Shown in pieces: positions 1 to 9,900 of a DNA stretch of 64,000 nucleotides. This DNA is from a virus. Its lineage: Duplodnaviria; Caudoviricetes. Where the stretch lies: IMG/VR virus record IMGVR_UViG_3300034052_000013, positions 18,144 through 82,143 of that record; one strand, written 5' to 3'. A program made the position numbers and the translations under genes. Under the pieces are notes generated by a model. The model did no database searches. It saw only the letters and a list, made by a program, of their open reading frames with translations, and was not told the origin of the DNA. Within the stretch, counting starts at the first letter, position 1. Each line of letters starts with the position of its first letter.

Positions 1-2549
1 CTACATATATAGGTACTGCAGGAGCTCCTGTAGGATCTACTTCAGGCTTTCCAGGTTTAGGTTTTGCTTTTCCAAATTACACTTGTGCAAACTCTCCAGG
101 TGGTACTTATGCAGATGGGAAAAGATTAAATACAGAAATTAAATATAATAGATGTATTTTTCACTCTCCTGAGACAGAATTGATAACTTCTAATTTTATT
201 TTGGATGATAATGAGGTTGAGAATGCAACTTTGAAGTCTGTCTTAACATTAGAAGGTAGTTATGGATATGTAACTTTAAAAAGGGAAGAGTGGGATTTTG
301 ATGTATCTTGGAAATTTTTAGATAAGTATTTGTATTGTGATATTTTTGGCACCTATAATAGGTGGACTACAGATACAGATGTAGATGTTACAATAGATGA
401 AGCTCGTTTAGTAGACCCTAATATTAATGACTACCCTCCTTTAGATTCAGGTGTAGACCCGTATACTTACACTAGGTTTAATGGTGGAGGTTTAGAATTA
501 AAAACTAATAATAATATACCTGAAAGACTTGGGTCAGAGTTTGAGTTTAAATTAGATTATGAAGTCGGTGCATCAAACGACACTCATTTTTGGAGTGCTA
601 TTTACAATCAAGGTGATAATGCTGCAGTTGATACAGTTGGTAATAATACAAAATTATACCGTAATCTTTTTAATATTGTTAAAAATAACCCTAGCCAATA
701 TGGTACAATAGGAGCAAATCAATACATCTTAATTGCAAGAAAAAGTATAAAAATTGGAGAGGTTTTTATTTCTAGTTATACAGGTGTTAGAGGTGGGGAC
801 ACTTTCATAAGTAAATTTGCCTATAATGATGGTGTTCTTATCCCTTATTATCCTTTTAATTGGCATAATACACAATTAGCAATTTCTTCAGGGTGTGATT
901 ATTATAGAGAAGTGGGTTCAAACTACAGATTGTCACAAACCTCAACTTCTAGAGCTTATTGGAATATAGATGGACTTACCCCAAATGGCTCTCCAGGAGA
1001 GTTGGGTAGAACACCTGGAACAGCTTGTGGACATGATTTAAGATGGACTACATATTTTTTTGTAGAGTCTGATATTAATACGTATTACAGACATATCCCA
1101 GAAGATGAAACTAAAAATAAATACTTCCCACTTCAACCAGATATAGCGACATTGCTAGGAGATTGGAAACCTTATCTAGGGAATTATAATCAATTGTATA
1201 ATGATACATACTCTTTTGAAAATAATACCTTAACTTTTTTTACTAGAGATAGTATTTCAACTATTTTAGACAAGTTCGAGTGTCGAACAATTTACAGTGA
1301 GAAAGCTGCTACAGATGATGTTTTAGATGCTTACAGAAATATTCTAGTAAATAATTATTATGATATACCTGCACATACAGGTCCTATTTGGGATAGTTTT
1401 GTAGTTTTTAATGAATTATTTCTACATACACCTAAATCTTTATGGAAAACTTTTGCACAACCGGCAGCAACACTTCAAGGAGGAAATCTTAGTGAAGTTG
1501 TTTTAGGTACAGGGTCTTTATTTGCAAGACCTGCTGTAGAGATGCTAACTTCTAAAGGTGGGTATGCTGGTACTATTTCTCAATGGGGAGGTGTGCATTG
1601 TCCTATAGGATACATTTTCCCAGATGTTTTACAAGGTAAGATTTTTGGAATAGTTGTAGATGAAGGAGGACCTTCTTTAAAAGATTTATCTCAAGAAGGA
1701 ATATCTACTTTTACTAATGACACTTTTAAAAAAGGGCTTATTTATGATATTAACACTCAAGTCTATGATTATACAAATGTCACTACAAATAATGCACACC
1801 TAATAGACAACCCTTTTAATGACATAGGTTTTGTTGGGGGTTATGATAATGCTTTAAAAAGATTTTGGATATCTAAATTAAATGGGGTACCTTTTACACT
1901 TTCGTATTCTTTACTATTAAATAAATGGTTTAGTTTTCACACTTATCAACCTAATGTTATTATACCTTATAATAATAGAGTGTTTTTCATTAAAAACTTT
2001 TCTGGTACAGATATAGATTCTAGAGTGTATGAAATGAATAAAGGAGCTAAAGGAGCTAACATGTTAACTGACCCTAGTGATGTAGACAGTCCTTATACAA
2101 TAGACAACTCTTTACTACAAATAGTTTCAGCTCAAGATATTCAATCTGCTAAAGTGTTTCAAAATTTAGAAATATTATCAGATTCTTATGACAGTACAAA
2201 CTCAATTAAAGTTCGTGATGATAATTTCAATACAATACAAGTATACAATAACAGAACTAATTCTGATGTATACTACCTAGTTCCTAGCAACACTTTTGGG
2301 GTTGAACCAGGTGCAGGTTCTTGTGCAATTAAATATAGAAATGATGTTTATCATGTAGCGATACCACGAGATTCTGTTGTAGATAATTCACAAAACATAT
2401 TTAATGGTGGAAATTTAAATAATTCTCAACTATTTAGAGAACGAATTAAAGGAAATTATGCTATCTTTGTATTTGGATATGATAACAGTACAAATTTAGA
2501 ATTTTACTTAAGACAAATAAAAATTATATTCAATAAAAATACACGTTAA
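1..2549 (+). CDS. Tail muzzle / stabilization protein (crAss-like), 5'-truncated by the window edge
   Basis: The frame of the 180..2549 ORF stays open back to base 3 (ACA TAT ATA GGT...), so the gene starts before the window. C-terminal WFSFHTYQP motif and position just before the cargo genes fit the crAss-like muzzle protein. Confidence 0.7.
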   Translation, partial: TYIGTAGAPVGSTSGFPGLGFAFPNYTCANSPGGTYADGKRLNTEIKYNRCIFHSPETELITSNFILDDNEVENATLKSVLTLEGSYGYVTLKREEWDFDVSWKFLDKYLYCDIFGTYNRWTTDTDVDVTIDEARLVDPNINDYPPLDSGVDPYTYTRFNGGGLELKTNNNIPERLGSEFEFKLDYEVGASNDTHFWSAIYNQGDNAAVDTVGNNTKLYRNLFNIVKNNPSQYGTIGANQYILIARKSIKIGEVFISSYTGVRGGDTFISKFAYNDGVLIPYYPFNWHNTQLAISSGCDYYREVGSNYRLSQTSTSRAYWNIDGLTPNGSPGELGRTPGTACGHDLRWTTYFFVESDINTYYRHIPEDETKNKYFPLQPDIATLLGDWKPYLGNYNQLYNDTYSFENNTLTFFTRDSISTILDKFECRTIYSEKAATDDVLDAYRNILVNNYYDIPAHTGPIWDSFVVFNELFLHTPKSLWKTFAQPAATLQGGNLSEVVLGTGSLFARPAVEMLTSKGGYAGTISQWGGVHCPIGYIFPDVLQGKIFGIVVDEGGPSLKDLSQEGISTFTNDTFKKGLIYDINTQVYDYTNVTTNNAHLIDNPFNDIGFVGGYDNALKRFWISKLNGVPFTLSYSLLLNKWFSFHTYQPNVIIPYNNRVFFIKNFSGTDIDSRVYEMNKGAKGANMLTDPSDVDSPYTIDNSLLQIVSAQDIQSAKVFQNLEILSDSYDSTNSIKVRDDNFNTIQVYNNRTNSDVYYLVPSNTFGVEPGAGSCAIKYRNDVYHVAIPRDSVVDNSQNIFNGGNLNNSQLFRERIKGNYAIFVFGYDNSTNLEFYLRQIKIIFNKNTR

Positions 2550-4459
2550 TGGATAAGGAAAATTATTTTGGTGTTCAAAAAACACCTTTAACTCAAGTTA
2601 GAACTAATAAAGATATTGCCTTAACAACAGGTGGTGCAGCTATGCAAGGTGCTCAACTTGGTGCTCAATATGGTGGAGCTTGGGGTGCTGCTGCTGGAGC
2701 TGTAATTGGTGGAGGTGCAACTTTAGTAAAAAACATTCAATCTAAAAAGACTGAAGGTTACCAACTTGCAACAGATAAATCTTGGAACAACTTTGCAGAT
2801 GATATGTCAAGACAAGTACGTCCTGGACAAGAGTTTGTAGGTGTTCAAGCAAGTCATGGTTTTAAAAGTTCTAAAGATATGTATGTTGAAGCAGAAAATA
2901 ATGAAGCTGTTCTAGATAAAAATTTAAAACTTAAATCTATTATTAAAGGTAGGACACATGAAGAAGGTGGAGAAAAAATTAAATTAAAAGCAGGAGAAAG
3001 TGTTGTTCCTGTTCAAGATGATTTACCTTCTTTCTTAAAAACCTATCAAAGACATGCTACAGGAAAAGATCTGAAAGCTACAAAATATATTAAAAACCTT
3101 GTTGACAGTGTTCCTGAGAATGAGGACTACGCTGCTGCAGGTACAAAAAATCAACCTTATAATAGGATTGTTTTAAAAGATAATTTACAAAATCAAATCC
3201 CTATGGGAGAAGATTTACAAAGCACAAATGCCTTAGCAACACCTGCACCAACATTTCAACAAGATTCTTGGAAAAATTATACAAGAGATGAAGACCCTTA
3301 TGAATATCGTTATAATAACGATTTAGGACGTGTACAAGCTCGTAAAATTGCTGAAGGTCAAAAAGGTCAACCTTGGACAGAAATTACAACAGGAAGCATG
3401 AAAACGGCTACTATGAAGAATTTGTTTGGAGATGCTTTTACAGATGATTTAAATCTTGTTTATGGTATAGACCATGACCAACAAACTTATAAACCAAATC
3501 CTAATGAAGGTGCAGAAGAGTTTATGGGAAACATTGGGAGTATTAGTGCAAACAGTTTAACTGAAAACTCTACACCCACTACACCTGTTACTCCAAGTAT
3601 AACACAAATCACAGACCCTATAACAGGACAAGTTGTAAATGTGAATCCTGGGTATTCAGTAGAGAATGACCCTATTTTAAAATCTATGGCAGCTTCTCAA
3701 CAAGGGTCTCAAAACCCAGCAGCTGTGCCAGGACAAGATGCACTTGCTAATTATAAGTTACAAGATTATAAAGTTCAATCTAATCCTTTAGAATATGCTA
3801 AGATAGCATCAGATATATATTCTTACTCTCAACCTGCAGATAAGGTTACAGGGAGATATGTACAATCTTTAGATGCTAAATATACAGATATGTCAGCACC
3901 TCAACGTCAAGCTATTTTAGATGCTCAAGCTGCAACTTTAGGTAGTGTGAGAGGTTCTGGTTTATCAGCAGCTCAACAAACAGGTATAGCATCTATGGCT
4001 CAAGCTGGTACACAAAGAGCTTTAGCAGAGCTTAATGCTCAAAATGCAGGACGTTTTGATAATATTCAAATGGCTAATGTTGCAGGTAAAAATCAAGCTA
4101 ATGCACTTAACACTCAAACAGCAATGGCTGTAGACCAACTTCAAGCTGAAAATAATGCAGCTCGTAGAGCATTTGGTAGAGAAGCTATGAAAGGTGTTGC
4201 TGAAAAAGCTCAATTAGGAACACAAGCTAAAAATGCTTATATTAAAAATAAAAATCAAGAGGTTATGGGTTTATTGCAAGCTCAAATAGTTGCAGACCCT
4301 AATAAATATATTACTACTAATGCAGATGGTAGTTTTGGGGTTAAAAAATATGATAATAGTCAATATGGTTCAACACCTACATATCAAGCTGTAGAAGGTG
4401 AAGATGGAAGTCTTAATTGGCTTTTAAACGGTAAGTTGTGGGGTATTAACAGAAAATAA
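2549..4459 (+). CDS. Virion cargo/ejection protein with glycine-zipper segment
   Basis: 636 aa. GAQLGAQYGGAWGAAAGAVIGGG glycine zipper, EAENNE...GRTHEEGG motif, Gln/Ala-rich helical C-terminus. First gene after the muzzle, as in crAss-like genomes. Confidence 0.55.
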   Translation: MDKENYFGVQKTPLTQVRTNKDIALTTGGAAMQGAQLGAQYGGAWGAAAGAVIGGGATLVKNIQSKKTEGYQLATDKSWNNFADDMSRQVRPGQEFVGVQASHGFKSSKDMYVEAENNEAVLDKNLKLKSIIKGRTHEEGGEKIKLKAGESVVPVQDDLPSFLKTYQRHATGKDLKATKYIKNLVDSVPENEDYAAAGTKNQPYNRIVLKDNLQNQIPMGEDLQSTNALATPAPTFQQDSWKNYTRDEDPYEYRYNNDLGRVQARKIAEGQKGQPWTEITTGSMKTATMKNLFGDAFTDDLNLVYGIDHDQQTYKPNPNEGAEEFMGNIGSISANSLTENSTPTTPVTPSITQITDPITGQVVNVNPGYSVENDPILKSMAASQQGSQNPAAVPGQDALANYKLQDYKVQSNPLEYAKIASDIYSYSQPADKVTGRYVQSLDAKYTDMSAPQRQAILDAQAATLGSVRGSGLSAAQQTGIASMAQAGTQRALAELNAQNAGRFDNIQMANVAGKNQANALNTQTAMAVDQLQAENNAARRAFGREAMKGVAEKAQLGTQAKNAYIKNKNQEVMGLLQAQIVADPNKYITTNADGSFGVKKYDNSQYGSTPTYQAVEGEDGSLNWLLNGKLWGINRK

Positions 4460-4465
4460 GATAAT

Positions 4466-6934
4466 ATGGGAATTAATAGATATGATAAACCAACAGATAT
4501 TAATTACATACAAACGTATGTAGATCAGTATGTACCTCTTCCATTTGAAGCGATGCGTGAGAATGCTAAATATAGAGCTGTACAAGCTGACGCTGTACAA
4601 AAAGATTTAGACGCTCTTCAAGCTGAAACAGGTAAAAGGTTAGACCCTTTAGATACAGGTTTAAACAGAGAGTATATAATAGCTGTTAATAAAGATATTA
4701 AAGAAGCGTATGATGCTGTTGGAGGCGATGTTATTAAACTTAGACAATATGCAAAAGACAAAGCTGCAGAAGTTAAAGGTTTTTATGAATATGGTCCAGG
4801 TTCTATTGGTGTGAAAACTGTAGAAGAAAAAAAAGCTTGGGAAGAGGTTGTTAAAAAAGGTGAAATGGATGCTGCTTATGTAGAACGAGCAAGTGAAGTT
4901 TCAGATGCTCTTTATCAAAAAAATAATGCAATGTTAGGTGGGGAAGCTTGGGAAGCTCCTATGGCCTATAAAAATATAGATATCTCTAAAAAAGGTACTG
5001 AAGCTAATCAACTAAAAGAGAGTTCACGAGAATCTTGGGGAGCTTTTGTTGATGGTATTTCAGGTGACCCTACAGGTAAATATATCTCAGATGTTAAGAA
5101 TGGTTATAAGAGTGTTTCAGAACAAAGGGTTTATGATTGGTTTAAAAGTTCAATTTACCAAGATGCAGATTTTGATAATAAAGTTAGAGCTCACTATACA
5201 TTAGCTACAAAAACAGCTGAAGTAATGGGTAAAGATTTTTATAAAGAGTCTGGTATTGTTCCTAAAGACCATAAGGGTAATATTATACCTAACCCAACTG
5301 ACTACGATTATTATACAGCTTACAAAGACCAGATGTTTATGGAAACTATACAAGGGTTTGTGAAAGCAATTCCTCATAGTGAGACTACACAATCGGGTTC
5401 TGTAAAAGAGACTGCAGAACAAACTGCAAAAGGTACAAAAAAAGGTACTGAATATAGTACACCTTTTAGTGTAATGAGTACAATACCTTTAAAAAATCCA
5501 GGATACGACCAAGATGTTGTTGACAATCCTGATGAAGCTTCTGCTAAAATGGGGGATAAGGCTAGTAAAACTACAACTACTTTTACAGATGGTGTAGCGA
5601 CAATAATGTCTAAAACATCTTTTTTTAAAAATGTTGGGCAAAAAGATGCTAAACAAAACTTTCAAAATGCAGTTAATGCTTATATTAAAAATAATAATTT
5701 AGAAAGTGATAAAGGTTCTGCAGAAACAAATATGAAAATCTTTATGGGTAAATTAGTAGGTGGAGGCCCTAAAGCAGAGGCTGCTGCAATTGCTATGGGA
5801 TTTACTAAAGAAGGGGTAAAAGAGTTAAAACAAACTGCAAAAAATATGTGGAATGAAGAGGTTAATGCTAACTATCAATTAATGAAAGCTTTAGTGCCAA
5901 ATCTTCCAGAAGATTATGCTGCTATACTTAAACAACAATGGCAAGCCTACACAACACAAGGTCTTTCTGTGAATGCAAACCACAATAATGTAAGTTTCTT
6001 ACCTAAAGTAAACACTCCAGAGTATAATAAACTTCAACCACAAGTTAAACTTATTACTGCTATCGCTCATGGTGATGAAGATGAGATAGAGAAGTTATTT
6101 GAAAAATACGAATCAACAGAAGCTAATGGGGCGGAAATTAACATCGGTTTTGCAAGACGAATTAGTGAAACTGTTGCAGAGAATATGGCAGCAACTAAAA
6201 ACCTTAATGTAGAACAACCTTTTACTAATTATATTCCTGTAAGTAATGACAACACATCTCATGATGCAGGACAAGCCGTTCTGAAAGATTTTAATAAATT
6301 TATTAAAAAAGAAGGGGATAAAATTTGGAATAATGAAACTGTAGATGTTTTATTAACAGATGGTACAGTTAAAACAGTTAAGGAGTACTATGAAGGTATA
6401 TACGGAACTGCGGCCAAAGCTAAAGAAACTTTTTATAAAGATCTTGAAAAAAATGATTTCACTTTTGGTGGGAAAGTTCAAGATGGTTTAGTTTTTAAAT
6501 TAGGTAGTGGTATTTCTTTTAAAATGGATGAATCTTCTAGTTTTAACTTTAACACAGGTATCATAGATCCGATAGCTAATATAGAAATGCAAGTAAAAAG
6601 TCAACTTTCAAATGTTAAAGCGAGAAATGGGATGTGGGTAGACCCTAACTATCAAATCACTACACAAATTGATAAAAGTGACAAGGGTCATACCGTTGCT
6701 AATATCACCGCTGCTTTAAAAGGTTCAGACGGTAAGTTCCACTACATACCAGCTCAAGAGGCTGAGAATTATTTATTTGAAATGGAAAAATTAAATTCAG
6801 GTCTAATGATAGTACCCCCTTCACAAGAAGGTGCAGGTGGTTATATGGTAACACAACCAAATGGAGACCACCATGTATATAGTAAATTAGAAGATGCTAA
6901 AGCAGCTTTAACACAAATTTATATTAATAAATAA
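4466..6934 (+). CDS. Virion cargo/ejection protein
   Basis: 822 aa, N-terminal NRYD...YVDQYVPLPF motif, syntenic position before the three giant RNAP-cluster genes. Confidence 0.5.
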   Translation: MGINRYDKPTDINYIQTYVDQYVPLPFEAMRENAKYRAVQADAVQKDLDALQAETGKRLDPLDTGLNREYIIAVNKDIKEAYDAVGGDVIKLRQYAKDKAAEVKGFYEYGPGSIGVKTVEEKKAWEEVVKKGEMDAAYVERASEVSDALYQKNNAMLGGEAWEAPMAYKNIDISKKGTEANQLKESSRESWGAFVDGISGDPTGKYISDVKNGYKSVSEQRVYDWFKSSIYQDADFDNKVRAHYTLATKTAEVMGKDFYKESGIVPKDHKGNIIPNPTDYDYYTAYKDQMFMETIQGFVKAIPHSETTQSGSVKETAEQTAKGTKKGTEYSTPFSVMSTIPLKNPGYDQDVVDNPDEASAKMGDKASKTTTTFTDGVATIMSKTSFFKNVGQKDAKQNFQNAVNAYIKNNNLESDKGSAETNMKIFMGKLVGGGPKAEAAAIAMGFTKEGVKELKQTAKNMWNEEVNANYQLMKALVPNLPEDYAAILKQQWQAYTTQGLSVNANHNNVSFLPKVNTPEYNKLQPQVKLITAIAHGDEDEIEKLFEKYESTEANGAEINIGFARRISETVAENMAATKNLNVEQPFTNYIPVSNDNTSHDAGQAVLKDFNKFIKKEGDKIWNNETVDVLLTDGTVKTVKEYYEGIYGTAAKAKETFYKDLEKNDFTFGGKVQDGLVFKLGSGISFKMDESSSFNFNTGIIDPIANIEMQVKSQLSNVKARNGMWVDPNYQITTQIDKSDKGHTVANITAALKGSDGKFHYIPAQEAENYLFEMEKLNSGLMIVPPSQEGAGGYMVTQPNGDHHVYSKLEDAKAALTQIYINK

Positions 6935-6941
6935 GAAAAGT

Positions 6942-9900
6942 ATGTTAGGAGAAGACCCAATTATAATCCCTAAAGAAGAGGGAGATAAAATAGCACAGCA
7001 AAATATAGATGCTATAAGAGCTGCACAACTTCAACAAGATAGAGGTTTTAGTTTCTTACATGCACCACAAAATGTAAAAGGTGCTAGTGACACTAGATTA
7101 GAAAATTTATACGAGGCTGGTATCAACCCTCAATTAGCTTTATTTGATGACAACTATGATGTCAACCAACAACTTTATGATAGACAAAGTTGGGGGGAAG
7201 CTTTAGGTACTGCTGTTGGTGGTGGTATTGTTAAAGGTGCTTTAACTTTAGGTGAAACTGTAGGGTATTTAGGTGCTGTATGGGATTATGATAATTTAGT
7301 AGGTGCAACTTCAGATTTAGATGAGGGTGTTACTAATGCTTTATCTGATACTATGACAGAGTGGAAAAAAGAATTTGATGAAGCTAATCCAATTTACTCA
7401 CAAGGAACAGGTGATGCAGGTTGGTGGATGCAAGGTATTCAATCTACAATAGATTCTGCAGTAGGTTTTGGTGTTCCTGGTGGGGCTATAGCAAAAGGTA
7501 TAGGGTTAGCTGTAAAAGCATTAGCAAATCCAATTGTCCGTGAAACCGTTAAGAATGTTGGTACATCTTTACTATTAAATAGAGTGGAGTCTCAAATGAT
7601 GGGTAAAGAATTGTATAATAACACAATGCAAAAAGCTTTAGCTGAAGGTTTAGATTATTCAGAAGCTAGTCGTATTGCCCAAGAAAAACAACAAGAGTTT
7701 ATGGTTAGAAACTACTCTAATACACTTTTTAATGCTGTGGGGTTAAGTAAAGCTTTACGTAATTCTTATATGTTAAAAGGTGGAGCTGAAAAAGCTCTTA
7801 AATATGGTTGGGTAAAAGAGCAAACTTTAAACGCTTTTTCAGAGTCTTTAGAAGAAGGTGCTTCAGGTTTTTTACAAACTGAATCTGAAAGAGATGCAGA
7901 TTTAGAATTAGGTATGAGAAAATCTGATGGGTCTAGTATGCTTGGTAGAGTTGGGGACTATGTATCTTCTGCTCAAGGTATTACTGAAATGACTTTTGGT
8001 GCTATGGGTGGACCTTTCCAACATGGTCTTACAAGAGCTATTGGTGGTATGAATGAAGCTTACAATAAGAAAGTGGGCAACACATCTTTTACAGAAGAAG
8101 CTCCTACACAGTCTTCAGCAACTGTTGCTAAACCTAAATCTACAGTTACTAACCCAGGAGATTTAAAAGAATATTTACAAAAAAAACACCCAGGTTTAGA
8201 AGATGCAAAACTAGAACAAGTTATATCAGGTCAACTTAATGATGAAGCTCTTGAGAAATCTAAAGCTGAATGGGAGAAAAAGAATACTCAATGGGAAGAC
8301 CATAAAACTAAAAATAAAGATTATTATGAAGAGCAAGAGAAACTTGCTAAAGAAAAAGAAGAATACTCACTTTGGGAAAAGCGTAAGACAGATTTTGAAA
8401 AGAAACAACGTTCAAAAGAGCAGATGGATAAGACAGGAACTATTGCTCAAACAACTGAAGAGATTTCTACTTTTTTAAAAAATGATGTTAAACTTGAGCA
8501 AGAGTATCAACAAGCTTTAAAAGAGGGAGATGATATAAAAGCTAAAGATATTGAAAATCAAAGATTTGAAACAATGTTTTTACGACATGCTCAAAAAGAG
8601 TCTGTGTTTAGAGATGGGGCTAAACCAGATGGGTCTTTACAATCAGCTTTAGAAGAACATATAGCTAAAGGTAAAGAAGCAAATGCTACAGTAGAAGATA
8701 AAGCTGCTGCTGTTAAAGCTCAAACATTCTTAGATAAATTACCTGCATACAGAGATATGTATAAAAAAATTAGAAAGAATAATCCAGGACTTGAGGATTA
8801 TGCTTTTAGATTACTTGCTCGTAAAGAAAGTGTGGACAGTGTAATAGAACAATTAAATGCAGAAGTAGAAAAAGCTAAAGTTGATATTGCTAAATCTGTA
8901 GCAAATACTATGGGAGTTACAGTATCTCCTTTAGAAACAAAAATTATAGAACTTAATCAAGAATTAGTAGCGTTAAAAGAAATGAAAGAGGACGCACTAA
9001 GAAAAGGTAATATGGAAGCTTTAAGCTTATTTGACAAACGTGTTGAAAAAGTTGAAGCTTTAAAAAAACAAACTGAAGAGTTGAGAGAGCAAGATTCAAA
9101 TAAATTATCTGCTGCTGATATACAAGAAGTTAATAAACGTGTTGCTGAACAAAAAGATTATCTTGATAAAGTTAAAGCTCGTACAGATGCTTTAGTAGCT
9201 TATGATGCTATCAGTTCTGCATATAGTAGAGTTGTTGATGGAAGTTTAGCTAAGACTGTTGAAAAAGAACGTGTAGAACATATTAAAGAGTCTATTGAAC
9301 AAATGTCAACAGGTTCTGAAGTACTTAAAGTGCAACGTCTTTTAGACAATCTAAAAGTGAACACCTCATCAAAAGTTAAATTAGAAAAACAATTTAAAGC
9401 TAAAAAAGAAACTTTAACTAAAGCAAAAGAAGTTGCTGAAAAAGCTTATGAACAAAAGCAACAACAAGTAGAAGCTTTTAAAAAGAAAAAACAATCTTTA
9501 GCAGATGATAAAAAACTAAGAGTTAAAAGAATAAAAACACTTGAAAAAGCTTTAAAAAATTATCAAGATAAACCAGGATACGAAGAAGCTGTATCTTATG
9601 CTTTAATGGAACTTCAAGAACTTCAAGAACAAGCTCCGGATTATAAAGCTGAACAACTTCTTATAGAAGCAGGGATTCTAGAATTAGAAGCAGAATTAGA
9701 AAATTTAAATTCTAAATATACATTTGATTTTAAAGCTGCTTTAGAAAAAGCTGCTAAAAAAGAACACCTGTCTCCTAGTGAAGCTGATGGTGTTGCAAAT
9801 GCTACTGGAAATACTGCAGGAAATACAATGGCTGCAGGTGTTAGATCACAAACAGATTCCCAAAATAATCAAAAAGCAGAACGTGGTACTGTTATACATG